From the NCBI RefSeq assembly GCF_009914755.1, contig NC_060932.1: 64,000 bases of DNA. The stretch is one strand, 5' to 3'. The DNA comes from the human T2T-CHM13v2.0 reference genome, Homo sapiens. Under the pieces are notes generated by a model. It saw only the letters and a program-made list of their open reading frames with translations. It was not told the origin of the DNA and searched no databases. Within the stretch, counting starts at the first letter, position 1; the number at the start of each line of letters is the position of its first letter. Made by a program: the position numbers and the translations under genes. Below are positions 59,410 through 64,000 of the stretch, piece after piece.

Positions 59410-61582
59410 TAACTATCTTGATAGACTTGAGAAATTTTCATTGATTATTTTATTAATTAAATTTTCTAAAGTTTTTGATCTCTCTCCCCATTTTGGAATA
59501 CTGATAATTCATAAATTCGGTCTCTTTACATATTCCCAGATGTCTGGAAGACTTTGTTCATTTTTTAAAATTCTTTTTTCCTTAGTTTTGTCTAACTGAA
59601 TTATTTCAAAAGACCTGTCTTCAAGTTCTGAGATTCTTTCTTCTGCTTGGTCTAGTCTATTATTAAAGCTTTCATATATAGTTTGTATTTCCTTTAATGA
59701 ATTTTTTATTTCCAGGCTTTTTGTTTGGTTTTTAAATTTCAGATAGCTATCTTCTTAGTAAATTTTTTATTTATATTCTGAATTGATTTTCTGATTTATT
59801 TGTATTGGGTTTCAGATTTATCTTGCCTATCATTAAGCTTTTTAAAAATCAATATTTTAAATTTTTTATCTGGCATTTTGAGGAATTCTTTTTGATTGGG
59901 ATCTGTTGCTGGAAAATTGTTGTAGTATCATATGTCCCTGCTTTTTCATGTTTTCTATGTCCTTCCCTTGGTATCTGCTCATCTGTTCTAGCAGTCACTT
60001 GCTTCAGTTTTCTTTGAAATTGCTTTAGTAGGGGAGAATTTTTCCTGAGGATGTATGTGTATTGTTAACTGAGCGGGATACTTTGGCTGTGATTTTGGGT
60101 GCTGAGATAGTGTGATCTTTGTATGATTTCTTCAGGAGTACATAGGGTTGGTGGTACATGTGATTTCCTCAGTGACTTAGGGTACAGCCATTAGTCGAAG
60201 TTGTGATGAAGTTCAGCTGAGGACTTGGATTCCATCTCAGTTAATCTTTGGGCCCTGGTGGTGGCAGCAGTGGGGTGGATGTCCCTATTTTTAAGGCTCA
60301 GAGAAATTTACACCGGCTCTGGTATTAGTGAGTCCTAGAGGGCTGACTTTTGGGCCTCCAGGTGGCTTGCTAAGAAGCTAGCAGTGGGAATGGTGGGCCA
60401 GGTGTGTGGGCAGGTTCTCAGTCCCCTGGGCATCTTGTGTGGTGTGGATGATGGCAGTAGTGGTGATGGAGCAAGCCACTGGGGCCCAAGCAGTCCGTGC
60501 TGGTATTGCTGGTAGCTATGATGGGTTGGGTAGGTTAGTTCCTAGTCCCACAGCCACCCATAGCAGGGTGGTGGGTATTGTCCTAAGTGTGTTTAGGAGA
60601 GCTTGGTCTCCCCTGTTCCTCCCCTGGCTAGGTGGAGGCTGCAGCCACATCTCTCAAACTCAGCCTAAGGGTGGAACAAAGCTCAACGCTAAATTCTCAA
60701 AATTGTTTCAGTTGTTGGCTTATGACCAGAGATGACAGAGTCCCTCTCAAGTGAGAAGCATGGACAAGAAGCTGTGGGGAATGCTGTCTACTGGAGTCTC
60801 AGTCTCACAGCAGCCTGTAGCAGGGTGGTGGGTATTGTCCTATTTATGTGTAGGACAGCCTGGTTCCCTGTCCCTCCTTGGCCAGGCAGCGGCTACAGCT
60901 ACATCAACTCAAACTTAGCCCAAGGGTGGGCACAGCCCAGTGTTAAGCTCTCAAAATGATGCCTTGGACCTGGGACCAGGGAGGGGAGGGTCTTCCTAAG
61001 GCAAGCAACATGGGCAAGAAGCTGTGGGGATTGCAGTCCGTTCATGTCTCAGTCTCAAAGGCAGCCCAAAGCAGGGCAGGGAAGTAGGGACTCTCCCATG
61101 AGTGAGAGGGAGTGTCCAGTCTCTCCTCTCCCTCTTTGGAGCAGTGCGGTGGCAGCAGCCATTTCTGTAGATTCCCAGGATCTAGGCTCTCAAAATGGCA
61201 CCTGGCTGAGGCTGCACTAGGCTTGGATGCTGTGAATTCCGTGTGGGTTGCCTTCCTGGAGCAATGTCTCTGTAGTCTTTAGGCAGCTCCATATGTCAGG
61301 CCTGAGGCCCTAGTGGTTCAAGGGTTTCTTCCATAGCCAATATTGCAAAAGCCCATTTCAGTGCCCTGGGGATTTCTCTTTTACTGTTTCCCCGTATCCA
61401 GGTGCCTTTCCCAGCTCAGTCTCCAGTTGGACAAATGCCCTCCTTACTTATTTCTGGTGCTTCCCATCTCTTCTCTGATGAATCCCAGCATTCTCTCCTG
61501 GACAATCTGGTCAAAATGGAAGGGTCTACTTAGTGTTTTAGTTTCTTTCTGTGGAGGAGGCATATGTCACCTGCCATCTTTC
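59410..61582 (-). mobile_element. L1M (L1MA/L1PB-type) 5'UTR and ORF1 N-terminal region
   Basis: Reverse ORF1-like tcaaaagacctgtcttcaagttctgagattctttcttctgcttggtctagtct; GC-richer 5'UTR ending gccatctt (AAGATGGC start motif on the minus strand). Confidence 0.75.
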
Positions 61583-61604
61583 TCAGCATTTTTTTTTTTA
61601 AATA

Positions 61605-61790
61605 ATAGACTATTTAATGAGTGCCTTTGATAGACACTCTCAATAATTTTGCATGTAGTATTTCATATAGTTACTGTAATTGTCCCCATTTTACAGATGA
61701 GAAAATGAAAGTTTAGAAAAGTTAATTATATGTCCAATGTCCTATACTAATCAGGGAAGAAAACCAAAATATCTTGAATTCAGGTCTAGT
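61605..61790 (-). mobile_element. MIR fragment
   Basis: tccccattttacagatgagaaaatgaaagtttagaaaagttaa. Confidence 0.75.
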
Positions 61791-62078
61791 TAAAAACCAT
61801 TCTGTTATTTGACAGGTAGAACCCTCAAAACTTAGTAACATAAATCTAGAAATTTCAACCAATCCATTATATAGAAGTAATAAATGAAGTAAGAACTAAT
61901 TACTCCTTAAGAATTTATAGCTGATTTCTAGAGAAACTTGGCTTGGTGATAACAAATCTCAATTACCCTAAACCTCCAAAATTATCTATTACTTAAATGA
62001 TTTTATGTGACATTCTATATATAGCTTTCTCTTCAACTAGTTAAAATTTTTTTTTCTGGTTCATTGAAATTTATTGAC

Positions 62079-62305
62079 ATTACAATGTACTGCTCAAAGA
62101 AATCAGAGGTGACACAAACAAATGGAAAAACATTTCATTCTCATGGATAGGAAGAAGTATCAATATTATTAAAATGGCCATACTGCCCAAAGCAATTTAC
62201 AGATTCAATGCAATTCCTATCAAACTACCAATGAGAGAAGAAGGGTGGAGAAAGATGGCAGAATTGAAGTCTCCACCGATTATTCTTCCCATCCGCAGCA
62301 AAGAC
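62079..62305 (+). mobile_element. Inverted copy of the L1 ORF2 / L1 5'-end chimera
   Basis: [20 protein letters not shown] followed by a non-ORF2 insert; reverse complement of ~62822-63040. Confidence 0.88.
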
Positions 62306-64000
62306 AGGAACTCTTTGCCAGTTCCTATGTCCAGAATGGTATTGCCTAGGTTGTATTCCAGGATTTTTATAATTTTGGGTTTTGCATTGGACTCTGTAAT
62401 CTATTTTGAGTTGATTTTTGTATATGATGTAAGGAAAGGGTCCAGTTTCAGTCTTCTGCATATTGCTAGCCAGTTATTCTAGTACCATTTATTGGAGTCC
62501 TTTCCCAATTTCTTGTTTTTTTTTTTTTTTTCTTTTTGTCAGTTTTGTCAAAGATCATATGTTGTAGGTGTGTGGCCTTACTTCTAGGCTCTCCATGCTA
62601 TTTCATTGTTCTATGTGTCTGTTTTCATACCAGTATCATGCTGCTTTTGTTACTGTAGCCCTGTAGTGTAGTTTGAAGTTGGGTAATGTGATGTCTCCAG
62701 CTTTTTTATTTTTGCTTAGGATTGCCTTGGCTATTTGGGCCCTTTTAGCGTTCCATATGAATTTTAAAATAGTTTTTTTTTCTAGTTCTGTGAAGAATGT
62801 GAAGCTAATTGTTAACTTGGTATCCTTGCAGGTGGGGAACAATTAGTGGAGCCTTCCATTCTGCCATATTGCTCCACCCTTCTTCTCTCATTGGTAGTTT
62901 GATAGGAATTGCAGTGAATCTATAAATTGCTTTGGGCAGTATGGCCATTTTAATAATATTGATTCTTTTTATCTATGAGCATGGAATGTTTTTCCATTTG
63001 TTTGTGCCATTTCTGATTTCTTTGAGCAGTACTTTGTAATTCTCATTGTAGAGATTTTTCACCTCTCTGGTTAGCTGTTTCCTAGGTATTTTATTCTTTT
63101 TGTGGTAACTGTAAGTGGGATTGTGTTCCTGATTTGGCTTTTGGCTTGCCTATTGTTGGTATATAGTAGTGTCAGTGATTTTCGTATACTGATTTTGTAA
63201 CCTGGGACTTTGCTGAAATTGTTTATCAGCTGAAGGAGATTTTGGGCTGAGCTTTTGGGTGTTTTCTAGATATAGAATTATGTTATCTGCAACCAGGGAT
63301 ACTTTGACTTCTCTTTTCCTATTTGGATGCCCTTTATTTCTTTCTCTTACCTGACTACTTTGGCCAGGACTTCCAATACTATGTTGAATAGGAGTGGTGA
63401 GAGAGGGCATCCTTGTCTTGTGTCAGTTTTCAAGGGGGGAATTTTTCCAGTTTTTGCTTATTTAGTATGATGTTGGCTGTGGGTTTGTCATAAATGGCTC
63501 TTATTATTTCGAGGTATTTTCATTCAATACCTAGTGTATCGAGAGTTTTTAACATGAAGAGACAATGAATTTTATTGAAAGCCTTTTTTGCATCCATCGA
63601 GATTACCATGTGGTTTTTGTCTTTGGTTCTATTTATGTGATGAATCACATTTATTGATTTGTGTATGTTGAACCAACCTTGCATTCCAGGAATAAAGTCC
63701 AAAGCCTGCTCGATTGTGGTGGATTAGCTTTTTCTGATGTGCTGCTGGATTTGGTTTACAAGTATTTTGTGGAGGATTTTCACGTCAATGTTTATCAAGA
63801 ATATTAGCCTGAAGTTTTCTTTTTTTGTATGTGTCTCTGCCAGATTTTGGTGTTGGGATGATGCTGGCCTCATAGAATAAGTTGGAGAAGACTTCTCAAA
63901 ATTTTGGAATTGTTTAGTAGGAATGCCACCACCTCTTCTTTGTACATCTGGTGGAATTCAGCCATGAATTCTTCTGGTCCTGGGTTTTTTTTATTGGTAG
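62306..64000 (-). mobile_element. L1 (older L1PA/L1PB) ORF2 segment, continues beyond the window
   Basis: ORF pieces [30 protein letters not shown] and FFTELEK...KFIWN; carries an 88-bp insert at 62800-62887. Confidence 0.92.

Overview
This is primate (very probably human) non-coding genomic DNA, AT-rich and dominated by interspersed repeats. I find no host protein-coding gene, RNA gene or CpG island, and I cannot name the locus. The only long ORFs with recognisable protein are broken LINE-1 ORF1/ORF2 pieces; the rest of the ORF track is Alu, LTR or low-complexity noise. Main elements: a MER50 LTR split by a 4.7 kb 5'-truncated L1PA with an Alu at its edge, a deleted L1PB, an L1MC4 3' region, five THE1 and five MLT1 MaLR LTRs, an LTR16/ERVL provirus remnant, Tigger2a, MER5 and MER20 DNA transposons, about 14 Alu/FLAM copies and many MIR/L2 fragments. 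Subfamily names come from recalled consensus sequences and need RepeatMasker/Dfam confirmation. I found no convincing new biological system. Best leads: (1) a chimeric L1 with an L1 5'-end piece inside ORF2 that is also duplicated in inverted orientation (62.1-63.0 kb); (2) several hairpin or templated-insertion scars inside repeats (11.1, 31.3, 42.3-42.5, 55.1 kb); (3) repeat-free blocks rich in homeobox/FOX motifs that may be conserved enhancers, one containing a candidate exon (25557-25770); (4) a ~100 bp tandem duplication of unique DNA (45.3-45.5 kb).
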